Assembly: GCA_963751585.1 (NCBI GenBank)
Contig: CAVVVB010000010.1
Location: 1,456-65,455, forward strand
Reading direction: 5' to 3'
DNA length: 64,000 nucleotides
Origin: an uncultured Chloroflexia bacterium
GTDB lineage: Bacteria; Chloroflexota; Dehalococcoidia; GIF9; UBA5629
Within the stretch, counting starts at the first letter, position 1. Each line of letters opens with the position of its first letter. The translations under genes were made by a program, and so were the position numbers. Below the pieces are notes generated by a model that was given only the letters and a program-made list of their open reading frames with translations, made no database searches and was not told the origin of the DNA. This document shows positions 11,018 through 22,263 of the stretch, one piece after another.

Positions 11018-11452
11018 GGGCCTCGATAGCTTTCACCAATGAGGTGAGTCCCTGGGACAGGTTGGTAAGCTCATCAACACTCAAATCCGCAAAGGGCTTT
11101 GGACATATAACTTCTTTTCCGTTCCCTAAGATTCGCCACAAGTTCTTCCCCTTTTTCCGTGGTTCGAAGTAACAGCATACGGCGGTCCTGGACATTTTCG
11201 ATGCGGGTCACTGAGTCTTGCTCTACCAGCCGGTCCACGATACCCGTTACATTGGCCGGCGTAACCCCGAGCGCCGCTGCCAGCTTGCCCAGAGTTGGTG
11301 CTCCCTTGATTGCTGATGAAAAACAGGCTTTTAAGCTGGGCAATGGTAATAGGTGGTAGGCTCATCCAGGCATCAAGCGTCGTCTCCCGGCGGTATCTGT
11401 CCACCTTACGCTGAAGCTCGATAATTTCCTTTACCAATGTCGTTTTATCCAT
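10986..11452 (-). CDS. MarR family transcriptional regulator, split into three frames (two apparent frameshifts)
   Basis: LAAALGVTPANVTGIVDRLVEQDSVTRIENVQDRRMLLLRTTEKGEELV is a MarR winged helix. N-terminal, middle and C-terminal parts lie on ORFs 11452->11126, 11343->11074 and 11195->10986. Confidence 0.6.
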
Positions 11453-11582
11453 TGATTTATCCTGCCTTAATATTTAAGGTTACATTGACATTATAATATT
11501 AATTGACTAAACTGTCAATGAATAGCAATTTATCAGGGGGAAATATTCCCTAAAATTCAATAACGCAAGGAGACAATCTATT

Positions 11583-12350
11583 ATGCCTGATTTAGAGGAC
11601 TTTGAAATTAACCGTTGGCACTCTGCCGCATTTGTCAAATCGTGGATGGCCGATAAGACCATGGAAGCTGTACGACGGCTCTTGCAAAAGAAGCTGGCCT
11701 CACTACTTCCTTTTAAGCCAGAGGCTAACATTCGAGTGCTGGATGTGGGTGTAGGCGCTGGGGCCCTCAGTCTGGAAATCTTGAGTGTCTATCCGAAAGC
11801 GCAGCTTGTTTGCCATGATTTTTCCGAAACTATGCTCGCCCATGCCCAACAAAAACTAGAACAATTTTCGGAACAGGTAACCTTCGTTAAGAGTGACCTC
11901 CGGGATACTGCGTGGACACAAGTTATCGAAGGGGTGTTTGATGCCGTGGTTTCTTCTTTCGTCATGCACACTATCCCTAACAGTATTAAAGAGACTTATC
12001 GTGAGGTCTTCGGTCTGGTTAAGCCTGGAGGGTGTTTCCTGGCCTGTGACATTTTTGCTTCGCCTGGCATTACGCTCGAGAAGGCTTATCTAAAAGCACG
12101 ACTCATTGCCTATCAGGACACCATTAAAGCCGAGACAGGTGTAGAAAAAACCCTTCAAGAGGTTGAGCAGGAACTGCACGAGCGGCGACGAAGTCGTAAT
12201 GCCGCGTGGCCAGGCCGAGTTAGGAGTAGATCCGTAAGATTTCCCACTCTCATTAACCACCTGGAGTGGTTGGGGCAAGCCGGGTTTGACGAAGTAGACT
12301 GCCTGTGGAAGGACATGCGTCGCGCCATCATCGGTGGCTTCAAGCACTAA
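11583..12350 (+). CDS. Class I SAM-dependent methyltransferase
   Basis: Motif I VLDVGVGAGALSLEI and post-I acidic residue CHDFSE. Confidence 0.75.
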   Translation: MPDLEDFEINRWHSAAFVKSWMADKTMEAVRRLLQKKLASLLPFKPEANIRVLDVGVGAGALSLEILSVYPKAQLVCHDFSETMLAHAQQKLEQFSEQVTFVKSDLRDTAWTQVIEGVFDAVVSSFVMHTIPNSIKETYREVFGLVKPGGCFLACDIFASPGITLEKAYLKARLIAYQDTIKAETGVEKTLQEVEQELHERRRSRNAAWPGRVRSRSVRFPTLINHLEWLGQAGFDEVDCLWKDMRRAIIGGFKH

Positions 12351-12526
12351 CGTTGATGGTTACCGGCCTTAATCTCGAAGTCTCTATGTTTGCTAAGACC
12401 GAGAAGTGTATAGTCCCTTCGAATACAGTGAATCTAATGACGGTATGAAGGGCTTCAGCCAATAGGGCGCGGTGTGATAAACTCTTCGAAGGGTAACTGT
12501 TAGATTTCCTAATTGATGTCAAGTCC

Positions 12527-13912
12527 TCAATTAGCTGTTGATTGTAATTCTTCAGCGCAGTACACTATCTTTGGGGGAGGAATGAGTGGTTCAGACTGAG
12601 GAGCTTTAGCTGCCTCGCGCGATCTGCGACCAGATAGCCTCCCCTCGTTAGGTTTACGTCGCCGCCGGGCCTGTCTTGTTTCTTCAGGTACTTTAAATTG
12701 CTGAATAAGTCCAATTGCCTCCATCTTACTTATTGGCTTATCCTGGTTGTCTCGTAGCTCGTAAGGTCTGTCTTCCTGTAATACCGCCAGTATCCTCGCC
12801 GCCAAGTGACTCATCACTGCACCCATCGCCTGCAGGTGTGTCTTACCATGCTGCACCATCTCCCGGTAATAGAGATCAGCAAGTTGCGGGTCATATCTGC
12901 GCGCAATATCTCCGGCCTGATATAGAGCTCGCTTCATCATGGCGGGACCTGCTTTGGTCATCCTCAGTCCCTTGCCCTCGCTGTCCGCGGATTGTCTTGC
13001 TCCAGGCACGACGCCTGTCCAGTTAGCGAAGGCTGATTGATTTCGGAAACGATTCGGATCGCCGATGACAGCCAGAAAGACCTGTGCGGTTCTCACTCCA
13101 ATTCCGGGGATAGTGCGCAGATGGTCAGACGGGTGAAGATGTCGGTACAGTTCCTCAATTCGGCCTGAAACTCTTTCTACTTCGGCTTCCTCTGTTTCCA
13201 TTAGCCTCAGCTCGCAGGATATTTCATCCTGGAGATTATCGAAGAAGTCCTCATTTATCATGCCGGCGGCCCTGGATTTCTCATAGAATTCCACGAGCTT
13301 CTGACAGAGCTGATACACTCGATGAGATTCAGTCACGGCGCCCTTAGTCTTGGCACTGATAAAAAGTGTCTCGAAGGCATCTTTGCCGTCACGGACTACA
13401 GTAAAAGGATTGAGCAGTTGTCGATAGAATAACCTAGCCCGATCGGACCACTCATCGGCGAAGGCTTTTCGTAGGCCGGGAAGATACCCGTTGATTATTG
13501 AGCCTATCCGGTTTTTACGAATTGTGATGCTCTTCATGAGACGCTCCCGCTGCCGTGTCAGCCGCTGCAGCGCATGATACTCAGCCGGCGGAAGATAAGC
13601 TTCGTCCAGTTGCTCGGCATCGATGAAGGGCATCTTGGCCAGTGTGACCCCGTCTACACGGTCACTCTTGGCCCGGCTATGAAGATATCTTCGGAGAGCA
13701 GCGACCTTCTGCAACCTGGCCTTTACCAGTTGACAGTCCGGGTGACGAGCTCGGAGATACGCTGCCATGGGAATCCAAGCTAAACCCGTTGGCTCGAAAA
13801 CGATAGTGGGAGTAGCACCTTCCGAGAAAACACGCTTCTCAAACTTCTCCAGACCTTCCAGGGTACTGTCGAAGCTGAAGCTGTGTAGACCGTCAGCGAT
13901 AATGGGACACAA
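12527..13912 (-). mobile_element. IS110-family transposase gene (IS element; ends not delimited)
   Basis: N-terminal DEDD-type domain (SDRVDG) and C-terminal TIPGIG...AQVFLAVIGDPNRF...FANWTGVVPGARQSADSEGKGLRMTKAGPAMMKRALYQAG, characteristic of IS110/IS1111 transposases. Confidence 0.85.
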
Positions 13913-13998
13913 ATAGGGCCACTTGAACCGTACACTTTGGACGGGTGGAACAAGCTCCTGATAGGTAGTAGACTGACTAACAGTGAAAGGAGCGATCT

Positions 13999-14403
13999 GT
14001 GTCCCAGGAAAACAAAGATAAAGCTGATGCTGCCGAAGCCAGAACCCAGCAAACCAGGGGCTTTATGCAGCAGGTTAGAGTAGCGTCCAGGCGGAAATAT
14101 ACTCCTGAGGAGAAAGTCCGTATCGTGCTGGAGGGGTTCCGTCGGGAAGTAACAGTCAATGAACTCTGTCGCCGGGAAGGCATCAAGCCAGGAGCCTACT
14201 ACGCCTGGACCAAGGACTTTATGGAGGCTGGGAAGGAGCGGCTAACACGGGATAGCGTCAGGGATGCTACGCGCCAGGAGATCGATGAGCTAAAACGGGA
14301 TAATGACGATCTCAAGCAGTTGGTGGCTGACCTTTCGCTGGATGTACATCGTCTCAAAAAAACGGCTATTCCTCCACTGGGCCAGAACGGCGACGGCGCA
14401 TGA
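13999..14403 (+). CDS. IS3-family transposase OrfA (HTH)
   Basis: Transposase_8-like HTH plus leucine-zipper region. Its stop overlaps the OrfB start (ATGA). Confidence 0.85.
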   Translation: MSQENKDKADAAEARTQQTRGFMQQVRVASRRKYTPEEKVRIVLEGFRREVTVNELCRREGIKPGAYYAWTKDFMEAGKERLTRDSVRDATRQEIDELKRDNDDLKQLVADLSLDVHRLKKTAIPPLGQNGDGA

Positions 14404-15359
14404 GTGCCGGGGACAAAGCTATTATCCTGGCCCAGGTAGAAAACCAGTCCAAGAGCAAACGGCAGGCGCTTATGGCACTGGGGATACCGAAAAGCAGCTA
14501 CTATCGGTGGCGCCAGGGGCGACCCGATTCGAGAAACCGGAGAAGAACGTGGAACCGGATTACTCCCGAAGAAGAAGACAAGATCCTGTCGGTAGCCCGG
14601 GAATCTCCTGATCTCAGCAGCCGGCAACTCTCAGCCTGGATCACCGATAATGAAGGCTTTGCCGTATCCGAGTCGACGGTGTACCGCATTCTAAGAAGGG
14701 AAGGGCTAGTGAAACGCCAGGCGACGCAGCTCACGGCCGCTAAGGAATACCACACTAAGACCACGCGGCCTCATCAGATGTGGGCTACCGACGCTTCCTA
14801 CTTCCGGGTGGTCAGCTGGGGCTACTATTACCTGGTGACCGTGATGGACGACTATTCCCGTTTCATCCTGGCCTGGAAACTACAGAAAGACATGTCGGCT
14901 AACTCCCTGATTGAGGTAGTTCAGGGAGCGGTGGATGCTACCGGCATGACCGATGTGCCTGTCGAGGATCGTACCAAACTCCTCTCGGATAACGGCGCTG
15001 GCTACGTCTCCAGGGCCTTCCATGATTACCTGCGTCTGGTGGGCATCGGGCATATCCTGGCGGCGCCCTTCCATCCCCAGACTAACGGCAAAGTGGAGCG
15101 CTATCAGCAGTCTCTAAAGCGAGAGGTGAACCAGCTACCCTATGAGATTCCCTCCCAGCTGGAACGGGCAATTGCTGCCTTCGTCGACTACTACAACTAC
15201 CGCCGTTATCACAAGGCTCTCGGCAACGTGACGCCGGCTGATGTCCTATATGGCAGGAGAGAGGGGATCCTAAAGCGCAGAAAGGAGGTGCAAATATCAA
15301 CAGTTAACCGTCGCAGAGACTACAACCAGGGCCTCAGGGAGCTTGTTAATGCCACCTGA
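14400..15359 (+). CDS. IS3-family transposase OrfB (rve integrase core, DDE)
   Basis: HQMWATDASYF...VMDDYSRFILAW...LSDNGAGYVS...HPQTNGKVERY carries the DD(35)E catalytic triad of the rve superfamily. Confidence 0.9.
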   Translation: MSAGDKAIILAQVENQSKSKRQALMALGIPKSSYYRWRQGRPDSRNRRRTWNRITPEEEDKILSVARESPDLSSRQLSAWITDNEGFAVSESTVYRILRREGLVKRQATQLTAAKEYHTKTTRPHQMWATDASYFRVVSWGYYYLVTVMDDYSRFILAWKLQKDMSANSLIEVVQGAVDATGMTDVPVEDRTKLLSDNGAGYVSRAFHDYLRLVGIGHILAAPFHPQTNGKVERYQQSLKREVNQLPYEIPSQLERAIAAFVDYYNYRRYHKALGNVTPADVLYGRREGILKRRKEVQISTVNRRRDYNQGLRELVNAT

Positions 15360-15804
15360 TTATACAAAAATCTTCGGTTCAAAGAGTGTCCCATTTCGCT
15401 GATTGACAACACTGAAGCTGTCGCAGGGCCTGGCCTGCTCATCCAGGCAACAAACTTGGTGGTTACCGGTACGGCTGAGGTCGATACCAACACTCCTGAT
15501 CAATGTCGCCTCCTTCAGTAAAATTCGGGCTCAGTGAGCATTGGCCGGACCCTCCGCCCATGCTTGCTTCCTTGATGCGGGGCTTCTTCTGCAGAACCCC
15601 AATTTCCCTAATCGGGCCACCTGAGGGCCGGCAGGCAGTCTGATTGTCGGGGCAGTCTAAACTCCCCAGCCAGATTATGGCGCCTCACCGGAAACCCGTC
15701 AGATCTATTTTAACCCCGGACCATCTCCTAGCCCTAGAGAAATAGAATACAAGCCATTTTGTTAAGCCGAGGCCGGATTTTATCATCAATGTACAGGTTA
15801 CAGG

Positions 15805-15833
15805 TTGACAGCTCAATTCGGTAGGGCTACAAT
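15805..15833 (+). promoter_or_regulatory. Sigma-70-like promoter TTGACA-N17-TACAAT with a roughly 220-nt leader ahead of the SPFH gene
   Basis: Consensus -35 and near-consensus -10 with 17-bp spacing, read directly. Confidence 0.4.
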
Positions 15834-16061
15834 TTAGTCACCTCTGAGAGGACTGCAGGTTTTTGCAAATAGCAGTGTGGGGCAGGTGGAAAATTAATTG
15901 GAACCTTTTCTCATATTGTTGTGACCGAAGGCTACGAACTGTCGTGTGTACGTGGCGTGTTATGTAGCGGCGAGTCAATAGCGAAACCGATCTGAAGAGG
16001 GCCGGTTTTAGCACCACCGAACAAAAGTTAGGATAAAATTAAAAAGGAGGAAGTTAATCAT

Positions 16062-16967
16062 ATGGTGGGGACAATCATTGGTTCAATCGTGGGTTTCATT
16101 ATAGTAGTCATTCTCCTAGCCAAGTCCATTCGCACTGTGAGACCGACTAGCCGCGGTCTAATCGAACGCTTTGGCAAATATAAACGTTTTGCCAACCCGG
16201 GCATTGTCTTTATCATACCATTCGTCGAGCGCCTGATTCGAATCAACATCACAGAAAATATGATAGATGCAGGCTTACAGGAAATTATTACCAGTGACAG
16301 TTTGAATGCCCAGGTTGATGCCCAAGTCTATTTCAAGGTGCGCTCGGATGAGGAGAGCGTCAAATCATCCCAATATAATGTATTTAACTATATGGTCCAG
16401 ATTGTAGCGCTGGCGAGAACAACATTAAGGAATATCATCGGTACAATGACGCTAAAAGATGCCAACAGCGAACGAGGTAAAATCAATAGCGCACTGTATA
16501 ACAACCTTGCTACGGAGACTAAGAGCTGGGGGCTTGAAATTGTTCGGACCGAACTCAAGGAAATCAATCCTCCGGCTGACGTTCAGGAGACAATGAATAA
16601 AGTAGTCAAGGCAAGTAATGAAAGGGTTGCAGCGATAGACTTTGCTACGGCTCGGGAGACTCAGGCGGATGGTGAAAGGCGAGCCGCTATCAAGGTAGCT
16701 GAAGGACAAAGACAGTCAGCCATCCTGCAAGCTGAGGGACTGAGGCAGGCTAAGATAACGGTAGCTGAAGGTGAGGCTCAAGCCATTAAGTTGGTTAATG
16801 AAGCGGCAGACAAATACTTCAAGGGGAACGCACAATTACTTCGCCGATTACAGGCGGTTGAACAATCTCTTACCAATAATGCAAAAATAGTTGTACCATC
16901 TGGCACCTCACTAGTCAATGTTGTCGGAGAACTAGCTGGGATAGATATCCATCCGCCCAAGAAGTAA
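16062..16967 (+). CDS. SPFH/band-7 (stomatin/prohibitin-like) membrane protein
   Basis: N-terminal TM helix then SPFH domain (RPTSRGLIERFGKYKRFANPGIVFIIPFVERL...). C-terminal coiled coil rich in AEGE repeats. Confidence 0.85.
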   Translation: MVGTIIGSIVGFIIVVILLAKSIRTVRPTSRGLIERFGKYKRFANPGIVFIIPFVERLIRINITENMIDAGLQEIITSDSLNAQVDAQVYFKVRSDEESVKSSQYNVFNYMVQIVALARTTLRNIIGTMTLKDANSERGKINSALYNNLATETKSWGLEIVRTELKEINPPADVQETMNKVVKASNERVAAIDFATARETQADGERRAAIKVAEGQRQSAILQAEGLRQAKITVAEGEAQAIKLVNEAADKYFKGNAQLLRRLQAVEQSLTNNAKIVVPSGTSLVNVVGELAGIDIHPPKK

Positions 16968-17266
16968 CCTGATTGTAGTCGGGTATTCATCACCGGACAA
17001 CTGTGGGGCTGTTGGATGTACGTAAGGCCCTAGTTTTCTATGCGTGTTGACCGTGTTGGCGACTTAGTTAAATATGGAGAGTCGTTGGCAAATCTCACGA
17101 TAAAATACATATCTGGAAAAACAAAACCGAAAGCGCCATGGTTGCCAGGGTTTTAAACCCGCCATTGTCCAGCTTTTGCACTTTTCATCGCTTTGTTACT
17201 CTCAGCACATTCAAGGTACGAACCATGATGGTTCCAATTTGCTGATGCGGATACGGCGCGGCCTTT

Positions 17267-17852
17267 GTTAACACAAAAACACGAGTATTGAGTGCCAAAT
17301 GTTAACACACTGGCAAGGGAAAATCGGTTTTTCGAAAAGATAAGATGGCCAAGATAAAAACTGAGAACAATTTCCTTCTGCATAACTATGAGGAGGTGCT
17401 GGAGAATGAGCATCCGGCACGCTCACAAGGTCAGTTGCATCAAGAGCCCTCCTTTCAGGCTTATATGATGTTTACCCTTAACTTCGCCTATGCGCGACTC
17501 CAGGATGACTTCCAGGGAAATAGCGAGAGTAGGCCAGGCAAGCATAAAAAACTTGTTTTTGCGACCAAAGGAACTAATACTATGATTAAACATAGTATAA
17601 AAAAGCGTTGCCCAATAAAAGCGACCAAATTTGAGCTATAAAAATTCATTAAGAAACGAGAAATTATCACTGCCAATGATCTGTAAACCACTTTGGGTAT
17701 AAGCCACAAATTGCGAGGGCCAAGCGGCTTCCCTTGGAAAGCATTCCCTCAAGAACTGAGTAGAACGCCATGAAGCTAAGTTAACATTGGAGGCCGACGA
17801 TGACCGACGATGTTAACATCCACGTTCAAGGGGCATGAAAATTGGTGTTAAC
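17267..17852. repeat. Five copies of the palindromic motif TGTTAACAY in about 600 bp of low-coding DNA
   Basis: GTTAAC cores at 17267, 17301, 17780, 17812 and 17847, with extended consensus TGTTAACA(C/T); two copies extend to GTTAACATTGG. Confidence 0.6.
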
Positions 17853-18034
17853 ATTGGGCAATAAATTAGGTGTGTCCGTAATGATCGACTAGCGATGCGC
17901 GACGGTTTCAGTAAAAGATGAAAAGTGTAATGCCCGAAAAGATTTATTGTCGGAGCATTGACAGTCAAGACGTATGGTTATAGCATTAGGTGATACATGG
18001 ACTAGGCTAAAATTTAAGTCTGGGGAGGTGGGCT

Positions 18035-18274
18035 ATGGAGACAGTCAGGGACACAGAAAAAGTGAAAAGAATGTTCGCTCAAGGTCAGCCTGCGCTTGTG
18101 GACGCGCAGACTGGATATAAGTACACAATGGTTGCTCGTTGCCCGAAAGATGGTAACTTTGCCTCCGTGGCCAGAGTAGAGAGGGCCGGGCAATCCTTGA
18201 GCAGGGTGACATTTCAATGTACTTCATGCTTCACTGAGTTTGAGGTGGGTCAAGACGACATATATGTCCGCTAG
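18035..18274 (+). CDS. Hypothetical small zinc-ribbon-like protein
   Basis: A GGGAGGTGGG SD sits 6 nt upstream. Cys pairs CPKDG ... CTSC. Confidence 0.35.
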   Translation: METVRDTEKVKRMFAQGQPALVDAQTGYKYTMVARCPKDGNFASVARVERAGQSLSRVTFQCTSCFTEFEVGQDDIYVR

Positions 18275-18685
18275 ACATTCCTCATAATCGAGCACCAAAA
18301 TTAGGAATAACGCTGGCGTGCTTGGCTGGCATACAATCTGGCTTTTCGTTTAATAATATTCCTGCAGAGCTATTCTTATTATTTGATAGCTCTCATATTG
18401 CTGAATAGCTAGGCGTATGTCCTCACCCCGCTCCCGACGCCGATGGTAATCTGACAATTTCCGTTCGGATTCTGCGAGAAAAGCCTCATAGGAGTGCTCT
18501 AGGCAGGTTCATTTGATATTCATTTCACGTTCTCGACGCTCTTTAGCCCCAGCCAGAACTGCCCTTGTCTGGCTGGAGTTTGGCACGGGGTGTTCAGTCG
18601 TTCGCCACATCCTCGTCTTTACAGGCAATCTGGCAACAGTAGCGTCAATTGCAGATTGAAATATCTATAACAAAAGCCCTCACAT

Positions 18686-21299
18686 TCATTTACCTACAAT
18701 AAAAGATTTGATGCCTGGTCCGGCTGCCGGGTGATACGGCCTCTTGAATGCTTCAGGGTACTTTCTTCTTAATTCGTCCAGGTTAGCCCCCTCTACTTCA
18801 GCCAGGAAGCCACACGTAGCCATGCCTGCGGCATTTTTAGAAGTCACTTTATGCGGAACAATGGTGTTAATCGCGCCGCCTCGGTCGAGTTCTCCGGGAA
18901 CTATCGGGTCATATCTTGCCCCATGGTCTATCGATATTACCCCGGGCATTATTCTCTCCGTCACAAAGGCACCGCCGAGGACTGCCTCCTCTTTCGTTAT
19001 ATATTTTAACCACATCTCCATCTTCTATACCTCTCTTAGACGCATCCGCCGGATTGATCCAGACGGTGCGATACAGGTATCCGTCCGGGCCTTTGACTTT
19101 GCAGGTCTTGATTTCCCTAAACCAGGTTATATCATCATGGTTGGCATGGACTCCCCACCTGGGGTGATTGGAAACGACCAGTAGAGGATACTTCTTCGCC
19201 CTTGGGTGCAGCAGGCTTTCCTGGTGTGATTCGCCGTAGGGTATCCACTTGGGATAGGGTGGCCTCTCTTCATCATCAGGGAAGTGCTCGGCAAGCTTCT
19301 GTGAGTAGAACTCCAGCTTGCCAGTTGGGGTCGGCAGAGGATTTTTCTCGGGGTCATCGTGGAAGGCTCTCAAGCCGGGAGGGCTCTTCCTTCCATTCTG
19401 GGTCGGTTGGGAAGACGAAGTACCGGTTTTCCTTCCATTTCTTCATAGCTGATAAAACCCTTTACACCCGAAGTCTCAAAACCAATTTTTATCCATTCCT
19501 CAACGGTCTTACCCCTGCGTATTTCTCGAGCAGACCCAGCCTCTCAGCTATCATGCAGGCTATCTCATAGTCGCTCCTGGACTCCCCCAGGGGTTCGATG
19601 CATTTTCTTTCATCTATAAGAGTGTTGAATTGTCCACTGCCACCGTCGGCCGCTATATCATCTTCCTCAAATTTGGTATTGACGGGCAAGATAATATCGG
19701 CAAACAGACAATCATTTTCCATCCAAGGGTGCTGAGCCAACATGAATTCTATCTTCGGGCTTCTCACCGCCTCCACCAGCCTGTTGCCACCATTCCAGCA
19801 GGTTATCCAGCAGGGCGAATCGGTCCATATCATATGGATTTCAGAGCAACCCTCTGCAGGATACGTGTATTTCGTGAACTGGTTTTCACGTGGCGCCGCT
19901 AATAAAGTGGTACCGTACCAGCTGAGAGGTGGATTGAGAATGGCGTCAGCAATGAGAGTCTTGGGAAGAATTTGTTTTGGTAAGTTCTGAAAATTAAATC
20001 CATGATGCGCAGCCCCTACATCTGGAAATACCTTGGATCTAGGCAGAGCCATCTGATTGGGGTCGTTAAAAATAGCCCACTCAATCAGTTTGAGCTGGTT
20101 AGCTCCCGGTTTGCCCAATCCCTGCATCCCCAGCAGTATGATCTTCCATCCTGGCGGGTTCGGTTGAATATTGCCCCCTGATGTAGCCACCACCATTACC
20201 ATGTGCTATTGATGTTGCCTTGGATGCCCATTCTCTGGCCAGCGCTTTAATGACTCTTGACGGCACGCCGCATAGCTCCGCAGCCCATTTCGGCGTTTTA
20301 GGAATGCCATCCTCTTTGCCAAGTACATAGTCCCGGACTTTGTCAAAGCCAACCGTATGCGTAGCAACATACTCTTTATCATAGGTCCCTTCGGTAATCC
20401 AGACATAAGCTATAGCAAACTGTAAGGCAGCATCGGTATTAGGCAGTATCGGTATCCATTTATCAGCGTGAATTGCGGCCGAGTAATTCAAGTCTGGACA
20501 GATAAATATGGATTTTATTCCCAGCTCCGTGAACCAGTACATCAACCGGCTGGCTATCTGTCCGGACCATCCCCAACCTGTGGTTTCCGCGTCACATCCC
20601 CAGTACAGATAAGCTCGGTATTTTCGGCAATATCAGGGATCAAGATTACATTGGCGCCCTTGACCCACCGGTTCCTGCCCCCAGACATGTTTAGCGCCCC
20701 AGTACCAACCTTCCCAGCTATCCGGATTTCTGCATTGTTGGGTATATCCTCCTAAAAGTCTGAGAAGGTCTCTTTGAGCCCCATGGGGACCGTGCACACC
20801 TTTGGTCTCCCCATGTCCATCCGACTGGCAAAGTATCGCATATGGCCCGTATTTATTCTATTACCCTTTTTATCTCGCTCGCTATTATGTCTAGAGCTTC
20901 ATCCCAGGAGATTCGGACAAATCCACTCTTACCGCGATTCTCTACGTGTCTGTCGCCATTGGGGTCAAAATCGACTCTCTTCAGTGGATACAGGATTCTA
21001 TTTGAGGAGTAAACGCGCTTTTTATAGGCTAATGCGAGGGGGTCTATCAATGACTTCATACATGGTTCAAAGCTCTTGCCACGCGCCTCTATCTTCCAGG
21101 GCTTGAATTCTTCGGGCTTATACTTCCAATCATAATGCAGCGGCCTGATCCTGACTATTTTACCGTCCTTAACATCGACAACTATGGGCTTTCCTTCCAT
21201 GGCGTGAGCGCCAATAAAACTAAGCCCCTTTATGAATGTATTCTCTTCTCCGGATGACTTTCTAATGTTCTCTTTGTCGGCCATTTTACCTTTCCTCAT
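18686..21299 (-). pseudogene. Pyrogallol hydroxytransferase (TH) family molybdopterin oxidoreductase large subunit, heavily fragmented (at least 5 frameshifts and an in-frame stop)
   Basis: Collinear with the paralog at 28522-31135: VDVKDGKIVRIRPLHYD, NPDSWEGWYWG, ICPDLNYSAAIHADKW and a C-terminal molybdopterin-binding domain. The pieces are spread over ORFs 21299->20853, 20545->20099, 20202->19489, 19373->18909 and 19021->18686, with frame changes in between. Confidence 0.75.
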
Positions 21300-21731
21300 T
21301 TATCTTCATAGCCATGGGGATTGTTGAATAAAATGAGAATAAACTTTTTCCCCTAGTAATGTCAAGTGAGTATTGAATTCTCCACAAATATCCAACAATT
21401 ATCCTCCATTTCTGACAGTGGTGGTCAAATAGAGCAAGAACGATAAATTGCACTTTCTGACGATTTGTTTCGGCGTGTTGATTTTTCTGGGCATATTCTA
21501 CCCCCTTTTATTCATTTCAGTCTAACATTAAAGTTGGACTTATTTCTGGGGGCAGGTCACTGATTTTTAAAGGAAAGGTTATATTAAAAAGAGAAGGTGG
21601 GGTAAAACCCACCCACTCTAGGAGGAGGTAAGAGGAGGTAAATTGAAATTCGTATTCCTTACACGCGTTGAGGGTGTACTTACCTTCCTTCTCCTGATTA
21701 AGTAGACTTTTCCATTATCTACGTGCCTACC

Positions 21732-22181
21732 TCAAAACTTGTGATGAAGTAAGTTTTCCGGGACAGCTGCCATGTCGACCAGTTCGATCCAGACTCCTAG
21801 AGTCGACCTGGGTGGTAGCCAGGCCAGACGGAAGGGACGTTCGGGGGAAATCATCGCCGTTTCTTCTTCCGGCTTGAAGCCTTTTTCTTTCAACACCTGA
21901 ATTTTTCTATCAAAATCATCGATAAAAATGCAGAGGTGGAAAAGACCTCCCCCGCGCTCCTTGAGGAACCTGCCGAAACGGTTATTGGTACTGGTAGGCT
22001 GTACCAATTCAATAAAGATGTCCCCTAAGGGAAGTGATAGCAGGCGCACACCGTTTTGGGTGTCTTCTTTGACACCCAGGCTCCAGGGTTTGAGACCGAG
22101 CATTTTGCCGTACAGGCTCGCGGCTTCTTCGACATTTTTCACGACCACGCCGATATGGTCAAGCCTCTGGGCCATTTCCAT
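21732..22181 (-). CDS. VOC (glyoxalase/bleomycin-resistance/dioxygenase) family protein
   Basis: Two beta-alpha-beta-beta-beta modules. HIGVVVKNVEEAASLYGKMLGL resembles the VOC N-terminal module. Confidence 0.65.
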   Translation of the reverse strand: MEMAQRLDHIGVVVKNVEEAASLYGKMLGLKPWSLGVKEDTQNGVRLLSLPLGDIFIELVQPTSTNNRFGRFLKERGGGLFHLCIFIDDFDRKIQVLKEKGFKPEEETAMISPERPFRLAWLPPRSTLGVWIELVDMAAVPENLLHHKF

Positions 22182-22263
22182 TTACCCCTTTAGGGCGAAG
22201 CGCATCCTTGGCCAGCCGGTTTGCCTTGGCCAACCAAGAATGCGCTAAAGCCGTCTTCACAAA

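Larger units (their letters stand above)
13920..15400 (+). mobile_element. IS3-family insertion sequence (approximate boundaries), directly abutting the IS110 element
   Basis: OrfA and OrfB pair. Terminal inverted repeats could not be confidently delimited by eye. Confidence 0.6.

Noticed and set aside
13920-15400. Attempt to define IS3 terminal inverted repeats
   Set aside because: Candidate ends (TGAACCGTACAC... left; ...GGTTCAAAGAGTGTCC right) share words but do not align as clean inverted repeats by eye; boundaries left approximate.
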